DNA from: Bispira polyomma
Lineage: Eukaryota
Length of the DNA stretch: 64,000 nucleotides
NCBI GenBank assembly: GCA_965649765.1
Contig: OZ287753.1
Location: forward strand, 65,348,001-65,412,000
Reading direction: 5' to 3'
Shown here: positions 13,470-27,271 of the stretch, piece after piece
How the letters are laid out: each line of letters starts with the position of its first letter
Numbering within the stretch: the first letter of the stretch is position 1
The notes under the pieces: generated by a model
What the model saw: the letters and a program-made list of their open reading frames with translations, nothing else
Database searches by the model: none
What the model was told of the DNA's origin: nothing
Translations under genes and position numbers: made by a program

Positions 13470-14670
13470 TAGTACTGATATACAAGGTATTAATGTTGAA
13501 AATCAGGAATATAAAATTTGCCAACTTGCAGATGATACCGCTGTCTTTGTGAATGAAATTAACTCTGTTGTAAACTTGATAAAACTTTTAAATAATTTTA
13601 AAAGTTGTTCTGGTCTGAAAATAAACATTGAAAAAAACAGAAATAATACCCATTGGAAAATGTAAATGCAAAAACATTCAATTGCCAAAAATAAAAGTGA
13701 ATTATTCCTCTTTTAAGACATTGGGCCTGTGGTTCTCTCACAATCCTAATGATGCAACAGATTTAAATTTTAAAAATAAAATTAACAAAATGATAGCTGT
13801 GCTATTGGCAAATACACGTGTTAAAAATTTAGATGAGATATTGGTTGACTTCTTTTGGAACAAAAAGAAAACAAAAGTTAAAAGATCTACTCTTATTGTG
13901 GATTACGACTTAGGGGGGCTCAAAATGCCTGACATTTTCAGTTTATACACCAGTGCCAAAGTAAATTGGATGAGAAGGTTACTTTTAAGTAACACAAAAG
14001 GAAAATGGCAACGGCTAACATGGATTTTATTAAATATGGACCAACATGAAATCAACAACAAAACTGCATTAAATAAAGGTAATATTTGCTTAACAAAATT
14101 TCATAAACAGTTGTTTGAAAGTTGGCAAGAAATTAAGGGTAGGGAACCAAAAACAGTTGAAGAGATTTGCAATAAATTACTTTTTCTAAAATAAATATAT
14201 TTGTTTGAACAAAAGCTCACTCAGAGCAAAAGATTTTAAAGTGATGTACGTATACATGATATTATAAATAATGTAGGTCACATTTTGAGATACAACGAGG
14301 TCATGCCCAAACTGAATTGGAAAATAAATATCTTTAATAATATTATAAGTGCAATACCAAAAGCTTGGAAGGAGAAAATTAGGAATAAATCTATTGGCAA
14401 TCTATTGGGAACCTGTTAATCAAAAGATACAAACAGCAACCGCTATTGAGACATGGATAGACTTACTTCCCTTTATAGAAAATAATTCATGAAAAAGGAT
14501 ATATACAGTCACAACTAAAACAATTAAGGAACCTTATCTACAATCTTTTCATTATAAAATACTAAATAGAGTTTTAAATTGTAATTACAGTTTGCTTAAA
14601 TGGTCAATAAAAGAAAATCCCAATTGTAATTTTTGTCCAATAGTTGACACCATAGAGCATTATTTATTCC
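13470..14670 (+). mobile_element. L1/Tx1-type LINE 3' fragment
   Basis: QLADDT, SGLKINIEKTE, FFW, GGLKMPD and C-terminal CNFC....IEH zinc knuckle; internally deleted. Confidence 0.85.
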
Positions 14671-15113
14671 TATGTTCCTACTTCTGACTTAATAGTGAGC
14701 TTATCATGGAAAAGTCGCGAAAACGCTGGGGAGAGTAAGAGAGATTTGTCTTCAGACTTATCAGTGAGATTATGAAAAGGGTGCGAAACACTGCGGAGAG
14801 TAAGAGTGTTATTTGGTGTTAATATCCTTATGAAGCATTGGGGTCTGTGAGTGACTGTGATAAGCAAATAGTTTTGAAATAGAAGTACAGTAAAGTATAG
14901 CATTTTCACGGCTGACTAGCCATGCTATTTCGTGGCAGTGACGAAGACAGCCGAGTCAAATGAGTTTGAGGTCAAGGTTATAAGATGGGAGTTTGACTTT
15001 GTATGTGAGGTTTTGAAAGGTAAGAGGTCAGATGCAGTTTGGGATATTTATTTAAAAATCTTTAGCTTCCATGTACAACTATACAGTAAAATTTTAGATA
15101 AGAACTAAAATTT

Positions 15114-15950
15114 TTAACATGCCAAAGCCAAACTAAAATTTGGAAGAAACAATAGAAGCAAAAGTGGTGGGGATGATAGAAGAAGCATGAGAAGTATTTT
15201 TAAGTAAGTCCACACTGCATTTGACTTCCAGCACCCATGTTTTTGTATGTGCTGGAGTTTTATGTTAGAATTGAAAGCTAAGGAGGCACCAGAGCGCCTG
15301 AAACAATGAACAGAATGACCTTCAGTGGGAATGTTTAACTGAGTGAGGATAAGTTTTAAAATAGATCTTAACTTGTTGTCAATTAAGCAAAGACCTTTGT
15401 TTGAAGGATTTGCTAAAAGAGGATATATGGGTCCAAGTGGATATATTTGAAAAAGGGACTTTGCAGCCCTAGCAGGACACAGCCAAGGGTTGCTGAGTAA
15501 AGGTAATTGAATAATATCAGGAAAAGTCCTAGCCTGATTTGTCTTAGACCATTTTATAATTAAGTGAAAACCAGGAGGAGCAAATAAGGTATCTAACCTT
15601 GTGAGATGTCTAGTGGGGTCAAAGGGGGTACCCGAAAAGGGTGTCAAATTTGATATTCTTAGGAAATCAAAAAAGGCAAACAGGAAAGCTGTCCTAAATA
15701 ACTAAGGATACTGAAGTTGTTCACATGCTTGAGATATTTGTAGGAGCTGATTCCGGTTAAAAACCCCTTTGACCTTGGGTGTATACTTGGAAGTGATCTC
15801 TAAGGATCTAGTGTAGAGGGGTAATCTGGGATCATAAAGACCAGTATCTTTTATGTTCTGCACTTTGGTGTTGTGTCTTAATGCTGAGAGATAGTTTGTG
15901 AGAGATTCCTGATTGAGTCAAGAATTTAAAGAAATTCATGTTTGACATTG
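15114..15950 (-). mobile_element. DIRS-type tyrosine recombinase (degraded)
   Basis: IKWSKTNQ, LCP, HSVHCFRRSGAS, IQKHGCWKSNAVWTY (YR catalytic H-x-x-R, H/W and Y), plus upstream FLRISNL. Confidence 0.9.
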
Positions 15951-16819
15951 TTCATACTTGTGCCTGATGATTTAACTGGAAAAATGTCATTAATCATGAC
16001 GTCTTCATTATGCACTCATTTAGGTTTTTGAATCATAGAAGTTTCATTATGCACTAATATAGGTTTTTGAATCATAAAGTTGTCATTATGCACTAGTGCA
16101 TTAGCTTGATTCATTTGATACTCAAAAGGTAAGTGTGTTTGATGATTACAGGCTGAATTGCTCTGTTGTTGAAAATTTGATTTGCAAATCTTGTCAATGA
16201 TATCTCTATAATAAAAATTTTGTCCAATTCTTGTGTGTGTATGTGCCACATTATGCTTTGAACGATTTTATTGACTGATTTGATTGAGTGTGGTGTAGTA
16301 TTGTGGCACAACTGGTGTTCACATAGGATAATGTCCATATATGAGCCAGTTTATAGGGGGTTTGTTATAAGTATCACATATTATGACAATAAGTCCATGT
16401 GTATACACCTGAAATACATGACTCATCACGACAAACAATATAATAATAAGTTAGACAATCAGGCTTAAAATTACTGGTGCTAACATAAATGTCTACTATA
16501 TGAAAAACAGCTGATGGGTTTGACCATTTTTATCAGGCTGAAAAGAATCCATAATGTTCAATCTAACAGGCAATTTTTGCCTACATAAGTTATTAAGGAA
16601 AATACTGTCAGGTAATGCTTAACATGTCTGGCATCACCATAACTCAGTTGAGTAATTGACTCATTGAGTTGACAACTAAAATTATTTACGAAATCATTCT
16701 TAATACTGTCTTTCTTACAAATTTTCTTATTAATGCTACTGGTTAAATCACTACTTCCTGTCAGCACACAATGGTCAATAACGACATCAGAAGTAGACTT
16801 AAGGTGAGTAGCTGTGGTG

Positions 16820-17450
16820 TCTGCTGGCAGTCCGTGTTCCTATTGGGGTGCGATCGAGCGCGCATGTGGGCGTCTGTGTATCTTGAAACATTTCGACTCG
16901 GGATGTGGGTTCATTTTCTTGTTGAGTAGGAAGCAGTTGGCACAGGTATGTCTGAATGTAATGTTATTGCCTCATGATCTTTCTGGTGTTAGCAAGCATT
17001 TTTTGATAATGCCTGCAGGGCATTTCATTTTTGTTTGAAGACGAGGCGGAAAACGAACTGCTTCAAGGTGTGGTAGTGGAAGTAGTGCTGGATATAAAGG
17101 CTTGAGAATAATAAAGCTGATTCATGGTCAATTTTGTGTCATTGACCCAACTCAAACGTCCCTCTTCAATATCATGCATATTACTGGCATACGCACCACG
17201 GGCAATCTCCCAAAAGATGTTGGAGGCATCTTTGAGGGTGTCTGCTAGTTGGGAGAGCATAGCTTGTGAAATAGCAGGTTTCTTAAGTTCGAGAATGTTT
17301 TGGATCTGGCCAGCAGTGAACTGGGTGACTGACAATTCATCAAAAGATACTCTTTTTTTGCTAATGCCAGATAGGCAGGCCTCGTTCGGCCAATGCTTCA
17401 TGGGGTCAGATACACATACTTAAAGAGGTATTATAGCGCCCACATTTCCG
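16820..17450 (-). mobile_element. DIRS gag-like region, copy 2
   Basis: FDELSVTQFTAGQ...WEIARGAYAS.MHDIEEGRLSW followed by a Cys/His finger (CRHYQ...HTCANC...HPESKC). Confidence 0.7.
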
Positions 17451-17602
17451 TTTGGTAGTGCACATTTCCGTTTGGTAGTGAGCTTACCTTGAATACTCTC
17501 ATCTGTGGTCCAAGCTTCATATATCACTAGACCTCATTCTGTATGAGAGACGACTGCTTCAGCACTTTGGAAGTCGGAAGAATGGTATCTTTGAAAGCAC
17601 GT

Positions 17603-18650
17603 TCAGTGACGAAGAAATTTATTTAATAAATCCCTGCTGGGTGGTGTTTCACAATAACTTCTGGAAAGTGCATCAGCTGTAACATTTTTCCTTCCTGGAA
17701 TATGTCTGATATAAATAGTGATATCATGTGTAGCTATTATTAAGCATATTTTTCTCAAACAAAGTGCTAGGAAACTATCTTTTGTCTTCTGACTTCCAAC
17801 AACCAGTACAACGGCCATGTTGTCACAGTGAAAAATTAATCTACTGTGTGCTCATTTCTCTGTCCAAATTTTTAAAGCAATGACAATATTGAGTATCCCT
17901 AGATGCACAATAGTTAAGTTTCTGTTATATACGTTGTAATATGGAGTTGAATATAAATTTCTTTGTGTTTTGGTTATGTCTAAATGCAAATGAGAGTCTA
18001 TTTATGAAAGTTTGTGCGGGCCCGTACACACTTGTGGACATATAGCAATTTCCCTAGTAATGATTGAAATTTAGTGCATGAGATATGATGTTTGTTTGAT
18101 ACGTCAGTTACCATTTCTAAAATTTCCACTATTTTTTCTTGTTGTATGCTGATGGTGCCCGCTATTATGTCAAAATCTATGCCTAAACATGTAAGGCGTG
18201 TAGTGGTAGGTGTAAGTTTGTCCGTGTTCATGGGGAGCCCTAAGGCTAGAATTGAATCCATTAAAATTGTGAAACCCTTATCAACGTTGCCTTTATTACA
18301 TACACAAATGTAGTCATCTATGTGGCCAAAGTTCTTGTAACCCTGTTTCCACATGTGTGATGCTATGGCATCTGAACAACACTGAAAGGCCGCGCTTCCG
18401 TGTACCCAGCTGAATGCTACTGCAGGGTCCACATACTGGCCTTCAGCAAACAGGATCCCTAATTTCAAAGCGTCCATTGGATCCACTCAAAGATTACGAA
18501 ATGCTCGGGTCACATCGATTTTAAATAGAACTGGATCTACAGTTGTACTTATTGCTTCCGTTATAATTTTAATAGTGGGAAATTTCAAAGTAAAATCTAT
18601 CCCATCCAATTGTGTTTTATTGGCAATATATTTATAAAAAATCAACACTT
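17603..18650 (-). mobile_element. DIRS reverse transcriptase plus RNase H (degraded)
   Basis: FKIDVTRAFRNL, GSAAFQ, HIDD, TCLGIDFD, SLLGKL; RNase H HCDNMAVV and HIPGRKNVTADALSR. Confidence 0.9.
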
Positions 18651-19257
18651 AATCATGAGGTAAGTCAGTTACAGTATCATGCTTGATTTCATCATCCAGG
18701 CTGTGGTGATACATGTAAACCTTGTAAAGATATACTATGGGAGCCCAAATTAGTCATTGTTCAAAAAATTGTTTCCAATTTGTGACACTAACTGTTATTT
18801 CTACAGACTTACAGTTTTCCTCATTTACAACCAAGTTTTGCTGATCCCCTTTTGCATTCTTACCACAGCCTATGGATTGATTTCCCTCCCCAGAAGTGTC
18901 AGGAAATAAACTGTCAGTCTATCTATTTTCATTTACCTGGACCTGTAAGTACTGTACAGGGTCATTATAGCTTGGCTGAAAACTAAATTAAGAATATGCA
19001 CTCAAATTACATTTTTGCTTTTTGTCAGCCCTGACAGGATTCACCATAACGCCCTCATCTGCGACTTCTGGTACATTGCTATAACAAGTTAAATCAGCAT
19101 TGATATAAACATTATTACTGACAATACATTTTTATCACATTACTTTTTTGATATGTTATACAACATTTTTAATGTTTCTATCATCTTCCACAGTTACTAT
19201 TACTATTCTCAAAATTACTTCTAACCTCATTGTCTATCACTATTCTGGTTTTAATTT

Positions 19258-19535
19258 GGGGCCGCGGTGGCCTAGTGGTTAGCAAGCATTGCGCTTCACA
19301 ATCACTGGTCTCTCACCACTGGGTGGCATGAGTTCGAATCCCGTCGATGCCTATGTGGGAAAGGTGGTAGTTCCTTACTGTGGGCTGCTGGTTTCTCTGC
19401 AGAACCTTGATCAACTGTATGCAGTGTTTGCTCCAGCGTTTCCAACTACCCGTCCCAATATAACCTACTAAAAGGTACTAGAGTGGACGTTAAATATCCA
19501 AATTCTAAATTCTAATTCATTACATCCAAATTCAA
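19258..19535 (+). mobile_element. tRNA-derived SINE, copy 2
   Basis: A box, B box gagttcgaatcc, same body and tail as the 4388 copy, 13-bp target duplication attctggttttaa. Confidence 0.9.
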
Positions 19536-19689
19536 ATTCTGGTTTTAACTTTAGTTCTCATTGTTCGTTCAACTGGCCTTTGAAATATGTCCTAGCTTTA
19601 TTTACCCTGATTTGCTTGACTGTCTAGTTGCTTGCTATTCGTCTTATAGCATTTAAATTCCGGATGATTGGAATCTTTCCCTAAGGTAT

Positions 19690-20420
19690 GGCTACAATGC
19701 CAACAAATATGTCTATAGTTACTGTGGTCAGTCTTGTGACTGCATTTACCGTTGTTATACAACTTACAAATCACTTTTGAATCACTGTTACTGTTCAGAT
19801 TGTTAGATTATTAGGATGCACTCAATCGATTAAGTGGCCATTGGGTGTTGTTCTGGCAGGACAGCCTATCCTCTTCTATCTAATGCATACTGAGGACCCA
19901 GGCTGTCCTGACGACGGGCCAGAAGAGAGACAAATCATTTCTGAGGGCAGAGATTACTTGTCGGATCATGTCCCTCATCTCGTTGGCATCAGGGACTTGG
20001 AGAAAGTTGGCGAGCTGCCCTGCAGCCCACTGTTTCATAGACAACTCGTCAAAGCCGGTTTCTTTCTGGACGAACCTCTTACCCAACCTTTGTTAGGCCA
20101 GCGTAGTCTCGGATCTGCTGTGGTTTTATCAGTACTATTAAACCGACCTGACTTGTGCTTTAGTGATGGCTTACCTTGTGATAGGTTTTGTTGCGCCACA
20201 GCTGTGTACTGTGTCAACTGTCTAGTTACTTCTTTGGAAGTGCTGTTGATATACCAAGTCAGAATTTACAGAGTCGTTGGCACTGCAGATAATGAACTGT
20301 TAAGGTACCTGACCCTTCTTGATATGCTTTGTGGACAAAGGTTTCTTCGTCGATTTCTTGGCTGTACTCTATGTAGGCGTTTTCTTTGTTCTTCCCATCC
20401 TAACGCTCCCAACATATAAC
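19690..20420 (-). mobile_element. DIRS gag-like region, copy 1
   Basis: KHKSGRFNSTD...RWP, FDELSMKQWAAGQ...WPVVRTAWVLSMH and finger CKLYNNGKCSHKTDH...HICWHC. Confidence 0.75.
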
Positions 20421-22262
20421 ACTGTGTAACACGTATATATATAAAACAAATAAATTTAAAAACAATTAAAACCATGTAAGTTCATTTGAAAATATGGGTA
20501 GTGAACGTAACACGTCCAGTTTTAAAACTATGCCATCCCCTTAAAACTCGCCCCCTGTGTAAGTAAGGTGTGTGGTAGTTGTGACCTCACGACGAATGTT
20601 CTGCATGTATGTCGGAATTCCCCTAGCTGAAAGTAATGGCATTGGCTGGTCAAGGAACAGTCCCTAGGCCGTGACATGTAGCTAGAGTGTGACCTACGGG
20701 AAGTGGTTACGCGGACGTGGCCTGTCCATACAGGCCAGCGTTAGCAGAGGACAACTACGATATGTGGCTTACAGAAAGTGAAGCTGTGGGTGCGACCTGG
20801 GCAAACAAGGGTCCGTATGTAGCCCCTAAAGTTTGTGATACGGGCAGTGTGGCTTTTTTTTAGATATGACTAACTGAAGGGCGACGCCATAAAATCGGCG
20901 CCCACCATTTTAGATAAAACTCTTTTGTTATCATATGAAAACATGGCTGCACAACAACACACATGTCCTAGCTGTGTGGGAGAAACCTAGAATAAACTGT
21001 GTAGTGATATGTGATTTGATGTATTGCAAAAAAGGAAATATACAAGAATCAATGTTCTATTGATTTGAGTACGACCTTATGTTAGTTCTGACTTTGCAAC
21101 CTATTTAGTTCAGTTGTATTTCTCCTGTTGTGATAGACATTACATAAAGATGACGTCTTTAAATTTTACAGCTCCAAATATTTTAGTGGTAGGAAAGTCT
21201 GGGGCAACAGACATGTCAGATATCAATAACATAAAATCAGTAACCAAATTTTTTGGGCCTTTTGTACTTCCTACCTTGCTGATAGTCAAAATCTACCTGC
21301 TTCTGTGACTTTAGTGGTTCATCAGGATGGTTTAGAATACATTATTTTGACACTTTGGTTATAGTTTACACAGTAACATCACACATGATCAGTGAAATAC
21401 GAAATACCACAAATTATTAGTTTTAACTACTGAGCAATTATATCAATATAAGATCGAAGAAATAAATAAATTTGTCTTCATTAGTCTTACTGACCTCTAA
21501 GTACTACAGTATAATGATGTCAGCAATTGATCATCACTCAATCATGGAGTAATCAAGGACATACAAGAAACTGTTCAATATTTAAAAAACTTTATATATT
21601 ATAATATATATAAACATATTTCCTCTGCAGTGTGATACTGTGGCCCTAGCTGGGAACACACTAGAGGGGAAAAACAGTTGACCTAGTTTGATCCCTGTCT
21701 GGGTCGACCAAGTATAGGCAGATACATAATGACTAAGATAAGCACTTAATATGGTGAGGCATATTGGTCAGTGGGAGACTAAAACAATGTTAGAGTCTTA
21801 AATCTAGCCAATCAAGGATCCTAAGGTGGGCCAGCATAATTGTTAAGATTGGTCAGATGTCAAGTTGGGCTGCAACAATGCCAAGTTGATATAGTATGCT
21901 TGTTCATTTGCAAAAAAAATAGTGCTGGCAGATGTTTTTAGTTCCAAACTAGTGGACATATATATATATATATATACCATCTAAATATTGGGATTCCAGT
22001 GGTGTTTTTTTGGAGACATAGTCTAACCTCCAACCTCTGCCATTGTAGGTTTAAATCTTAGCCCTGGTTTGTATGTGGAAACATTGGCAGAAGACTTACT
22101 AAAGGGCGGTAGTTTGCAGACCAGAATACCTTAACAACTACACCTGTTTGTAGACACAAGCATCAACGGTTGGAGTTGGAAAATTTGTAATGAAAAATAG
22201 AAATGACGCATATACTAATGTTGCAGGTGTTGTGACAAAAAATCAAAACATTTTAGCTTAGT

Positions 22263-23566
22263 TCACAACGATTTCGTAAGCACAGCCTGCTTACATATTA
22301 TATTTATACGACAACGAAACTTGATAAATGATATATGATAGATTTTTAACGCGCCTAATTGATGCCAGGCATCTGCTAAAGACAAATTTGTAAAAATCAT
22401 AATCCATTTACAAAGCAATATTTTCCTTTGACGTAAATTATTTATCTGTGTAATATATCTGTGAAAATAAGATCCACACTTTTTACCAGATTTATATATT
22501 AAAACTATTATTCCTAGTCCAGTAATGTTATGACACATAAATGAGATAAATATCTTAAACTTATTTAACAATGTTTAAATGGGAATAAAATAATCGGAGG
22601 TGACTGTTCTTGAATATGTCAGATTAACAATTTCATACATATTTAAGAACTCATAAAATTCTTCAATTTAAGGTTAATACTTCAGCAACCTTTAATAATG
22701 TGGGGTGGTCCATAGCTAGGTGACAAAGATGAATAACTTCCGAGTGATCAATATAATTAAGTTTTCATAAACAAGTTTGCTTACATCTGATTTATTGACT
22801 CGTAATCCTTTTCAAAGAACGATTGATCATGTTGTGACTTTAGCAATAACAATTTGGCTGTTTATCAGTGTCACACATGCATCTTCTCTGTCAGAAAGGC
22901 CATTTGTAAAGTGTTCTATGATTGATGTAATTGTTTGTAAACATCACATCCATTGATGTTGATTAGACTGTAACAAATGGATAATAAATTGTTTCTCCTT
23001 TTGCTGTACTCTATAAAGATTTTTTCTGTCACAACGTCTGACTCTAGGTTAATTTAAGTATGTCCTAGTAGTTGATAAGATTTTCTTGACATAATCATCA
23101 TAATAAGCATCAAATTGTCTCACAGAAATGTTGTTATCTCCCCCCTTAGATTATCTAATAATACAAACTCATAATGCAATAATGCTAATAAAACTAATAA
23201 TGCAAACATAAATATTCGGCAGATCTAAGCTTAGTTTTCGAAACCTGCGACATGTCGACAAAGGAGAGTTGAGCGAGGTAAGTGGTAAGTAAACATAATG
23301 TGTAACACATTTGGGTATTTTATTGAACACATACACATTATTACTTATGTACCGCCATAAATTAAAGTCACCCTAATTTAAGGTTGCTCACTCTTATTAT
23401 GCTACTTTAAGGTGACCTTAACCCTTGGAGGTCCCTATACTACCAGGTTAATGCTACTCATATTCGCTTGCTGTTAAAGTGACCTTAAAATAAGACCGCA
23501 TGACCCTAGACATATTTCTAAGGTGACCTTAACCCTTACAGAGGCCGTAAACTACCGAGTACTACT
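22263..23566 (-). mobile_element. Possible terminus of a large DNA element (Maverick-like) with a degraded ORF
   Basis: Ends in ACTACT (23561-23566; AGTAGT on the minus strand), with subterminal aaggtgaccttaaccctt repeats at 23380-23540 and a stop-interrupted reading frame inward. Confidence 0.25.
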
Positions 23567-24587
23567 TGTTAGTACTAGTATATCAACTAAATATTAACAC
23601 TATTTGTATATGCTGTATATAAGCCATATAAGTATATGACTAAGAAAACCAAACCAAATCTCAAACTTAAACATTCTGCAAATCTGAGCTTGTTCACTTG
23701 ATTTTTTCAAAAAGCTTTGAGTAAAAAAAAACCCATTGGATTTCAACAAAAGTCTTAGTTCTTTCCGGCTAGATGAAGAATAGCATGTACCATCTATTTT
23801 ATTGTCATGTTTTTCAATAAAGATTATTGAGTAAGTTGACAGTAATATGATTGAAAATAATTGAATGACCTTCGCATGCATATTATTGAAAGCATATCAC
23901 CAATTTACAATTGATGGGCTGTTAAGTTAGTTACAATTTTTTCAGCATCTGATAAGTCAACCAAAGTTACCTCCCCCCCCCACCCCCCCACCCCCATCCG
24001 CTGTGTCTTTTTAAGACTCAAAATGAATGTTCCAACAAGTTAACTCTTTTATGATAGTGGAGATAATTTTTTAAATTGTAAAAAAAAAAAATCGAATTCT
24101 GTTTACAAGCTATGACATATGAATTAGAGATGCCATTACATATAAAAGGAAATGGTCTTTGTTGGAGTTAGTCAGAGCTTCCATAGCTGCTGTAAGCAAC
24201 GTCAAGGGAGGTTTCTAAAGGACAAATCTTCTGGAACTTTGCTGCAATAAGGTAACACTATATGACTATATGTGATGTAAAAGTTAGAATTTTGTACCAG
24301 TTGCTAGGCTTTTAAATGCTTAAATTATGCAACAAGGTTGTACAAGTTAAACTAAGGGCGGGTTTAATAAACATCAGTTTATATAGCAAACTGGTTATTT
24401 CCAGAAACATTGTAAATTAATAGAAATGGTCATGTTAAGATGGCAGGCTTTCAATGCTACTTGATGTACATGTTTTGTACAATTATACATTATTTCTTGT
24501 TTTAATGGTCATTTTTCAGAATCCACTGACATTCTATGTAAAATATTTTGACATATTTTTCTCATGTCCAACAACGCGTCATAGCTG

Positions 24588-25305
24588 GGATCCTTCTAAA
24601 ACTCGGAAGTGATCGCCTACCTCCTATGGCGATTCAGTGAAATCGCCTAAAATCGCCTAATGCACTTTGTACAGGGTTGGGAAAAATCACCCCAAATCGC
24701 CTGAAATCGCATAAATCTTGAGAGGCAGCTCTAAAATCGCCAAAATCTTACAGTTTGTAGATGATTGCATTTATTTCTGTGTCATGGGATTCTATTCTTG
24801 TACTAGCAAAAATCCTCATCAAAGAAGTTATGTAAGATTGAATTATACTTTTATGTTTAAGATCATAGTCTTGACCAATACATAAACATAAAAGAAGTTT
24901 GAATTTGCTTTCATGTTAAAATGCATGTTATTCAAGAAATTATTTATTTGCTGAAATAAAGTTAGAATAATGTTATAAATTCGCTCACTATTTTTTACTG
25001 ATCTAGTGTTTAATTACTTGTGTTCAATTGTGAACATACAACTACATTGGTCTTTACAGAATAAAAAACCTTTCAAAATTCACAATACTCACTGAAATAT
25101 TGCAAGTTAAAGTGGGACCTAATAATTTTGAGTTACGTCCCAAGATTTGGGCGATTTTGGAGCTACCTCCCAAGATTTAGGCGATTTTCAAGCTACCTCC
25201 CAATATTAAGGCGATTTTCAAGCTACCTCCCAAGATTTATGCGATTTTAGGCGATTTTACCTCCGTACGGTGCTCCGTTGGCAGCTCTGAGTTTTAGAAT
25301 GAACC
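24588..25305. mobile_element. Non-autonomous Mutator-like (MULE) element
   Basis: TIRs ggatccttctaaaactc / gagttttagaatgaacc, perfect 9-bp TSD tcatagctg (24579-24587 and 25306-25314), subterminal ~30-bp aaatcgcc repeats in inverted orientation. Confidence 0.85.
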
Positions 25306-25597
25306 TCATAGCTGACCTAATTAGAATTTAGGTCAAATTTTTGGCAGTAAAAAGAAGGTCACCAATTGGGCCTTGAAGCCACCACAAAGCTCTCATTATG
25401 TACTTTTTGATAGTTTTACGAGTTGCAATTCAAATGCAAAGATATTAAAGGTTATAAAGATATTGTGAGTTAAAGTTGGACTAGATATCCAAAATTGTTC
25501 AAAATTACAAAAAACCCAATCAATTATATGTTTTGATAAAACTCATTTAAATTTTATTATTAGAGATGTGAGTACTGTTCATTTGTCTAGTATGTTG

Positions 25598-25639
25598 TAT
25601 AAAAGCCTCTGACCTGCACAATAGCTGCCATCTTTCAAG
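25598..25639 (+). promoter_or_regulatory. Candidate TATA box and short non-coding first exon of gene A
   Basis: TATAAAAG at 25598-25605 and donor aag|gtatgc at 25639/25640. Confidence 0.35.
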
Positions 25640-26349
25640 GTATGCTCTGAACAAGGAGGTTCTGTCTGAATCTTGGGTTGCGTTGACATACACAACTCTA
25701 TAGCATGTACACATGCACAGTTACATATGAGTTTGACAACTCATAAATTTATTCATTCATTTAGATACACAGCAGTTATAGACTGATTAATACCTAAATG
25801 TACCGATTTCTTAGTGTCACACTCACATTAGTGTCTGACCGATGGCTCCTATAATATGGGTTCTAGAGGTTATACATTGGCCACGGAATCCGTTATGTAA
25901 TGTAAGATAAGTTTGACGGTGGATAAGTGACAGCTTTATCTTGCAAACACAACAGGAATTACTAATTTATTAACTACAAAATAATTATGTGTACAATAAA
26001 TAAGCAATATGTGTGATATGTTACATTATCATGTGTGCTGTTATAAAGTCAAATATAGGAATTGTTCAAGCCGTATTCCTCCTCCAAGTTGTTGATGCCT
26101 GGTTAAATATTTTCACCAATAAAAATATTATATTTTAATATTTCGAGATTTAAATAGTACTTTAAATATGTCAGGTTAGAATCATAATAACTCATTCAGA
26201 ATAAGGGATACACACAAAATGTTACCATGTACAAACACCCAGACCTTATTTTCCTGGTCCTATGCATCCAATAATGGCAAAATTCTCCGTATAGATTCTT
26301 CTTTTAGGCTTGTTAGACCATATTATTTTCACAAGAAATTAACACCTCT

Positions 26350-27030
26350 TTTATTCTGGTGTAAATTCTACTATATCATGATTGCTCAAACATCTATTAT
26401 TCAGGTGTAAATTTTACCATTTCAGGGTTTGTCACACCTTTTTGATTTTCGTGTCAATTCTACTATCCTACAGTTTTTCCCACATCAATTGTGTACGCAG
26501 ATGTAAATTCTACTATCTCATGATTTATCACACATTAATCATTTCGGTGTAAATTCTACTATATCATAGTTTCTCACACATCAATTATTCAAGTGTGGAT
26601 TCTGCTATCTCAGGGTTTCTCACACACCAATAATTCGAGTGTAAATTCTACTATCTCAGGGTTTCCTACACATCAATTATTCAAGTGTAAATTCCACTAT
26701 CTTAGGGTTACTCCCACATTAATTATTCAAGGGGTAAATTCTTAGGTTTCTCGCACGTCCAGTGACCTAGTACAGGTGTATAAAAGAGGCTGTACTGTTT
26801 TAACTATCAGGTATAAGTCAGCGATTCTCTGCCTGATGACCTAGAGGTCACAGATTATTCATTCAGGTGTAAATTCTACGATCTCAGGGTTTGCCATACC
26901 TTTTTGATTTACATTCAAAGGGTACTATCTCAGGGTTTCTCACCCATCAATCAGTTAGTTATAAATTCTACTATCTAAGGGTTTCTCACAGCTGTTTTAT
27001 TTACGTGTAAGTACTACAACTCATGCTTTC
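26350..27030 (+). repeat. Degenerate ~50-bp tandem repeat
   Basis: Recurrent gtgtaaattctactatctcagggtttctcacacatcaatt unit; a second TATAAAAG lies within it at 26779-26786. Confidence 0.75.
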
Positions 27031-27271
27031 CCATGTCTTCTTTTCTAAATGGTATGTGACAGAAGTTTCATATTCTATTTCTAGGGCCGTACAGTTAAAA
27101 GTTTTGGCTTCATATTCGCTGGCCTCTTACCAATGTGAATTAATTAATCAATGTAAATCCTGTTTGTTCCTTTATGCAGTAAGTTTGTGGTTGACAGTCC
27201 TTTAGCACTAGTTTTTCCCACCATTAAATCTGGCCTGTCACCATTAAATCTGTCATATTTTCAGTGAGACA

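Noticed and set aside
19841-20419. 192-aa plus-strand ORF as a host gene
   Set aside because: It is antisense to the DIRS gag-like region and has no independent gene features.
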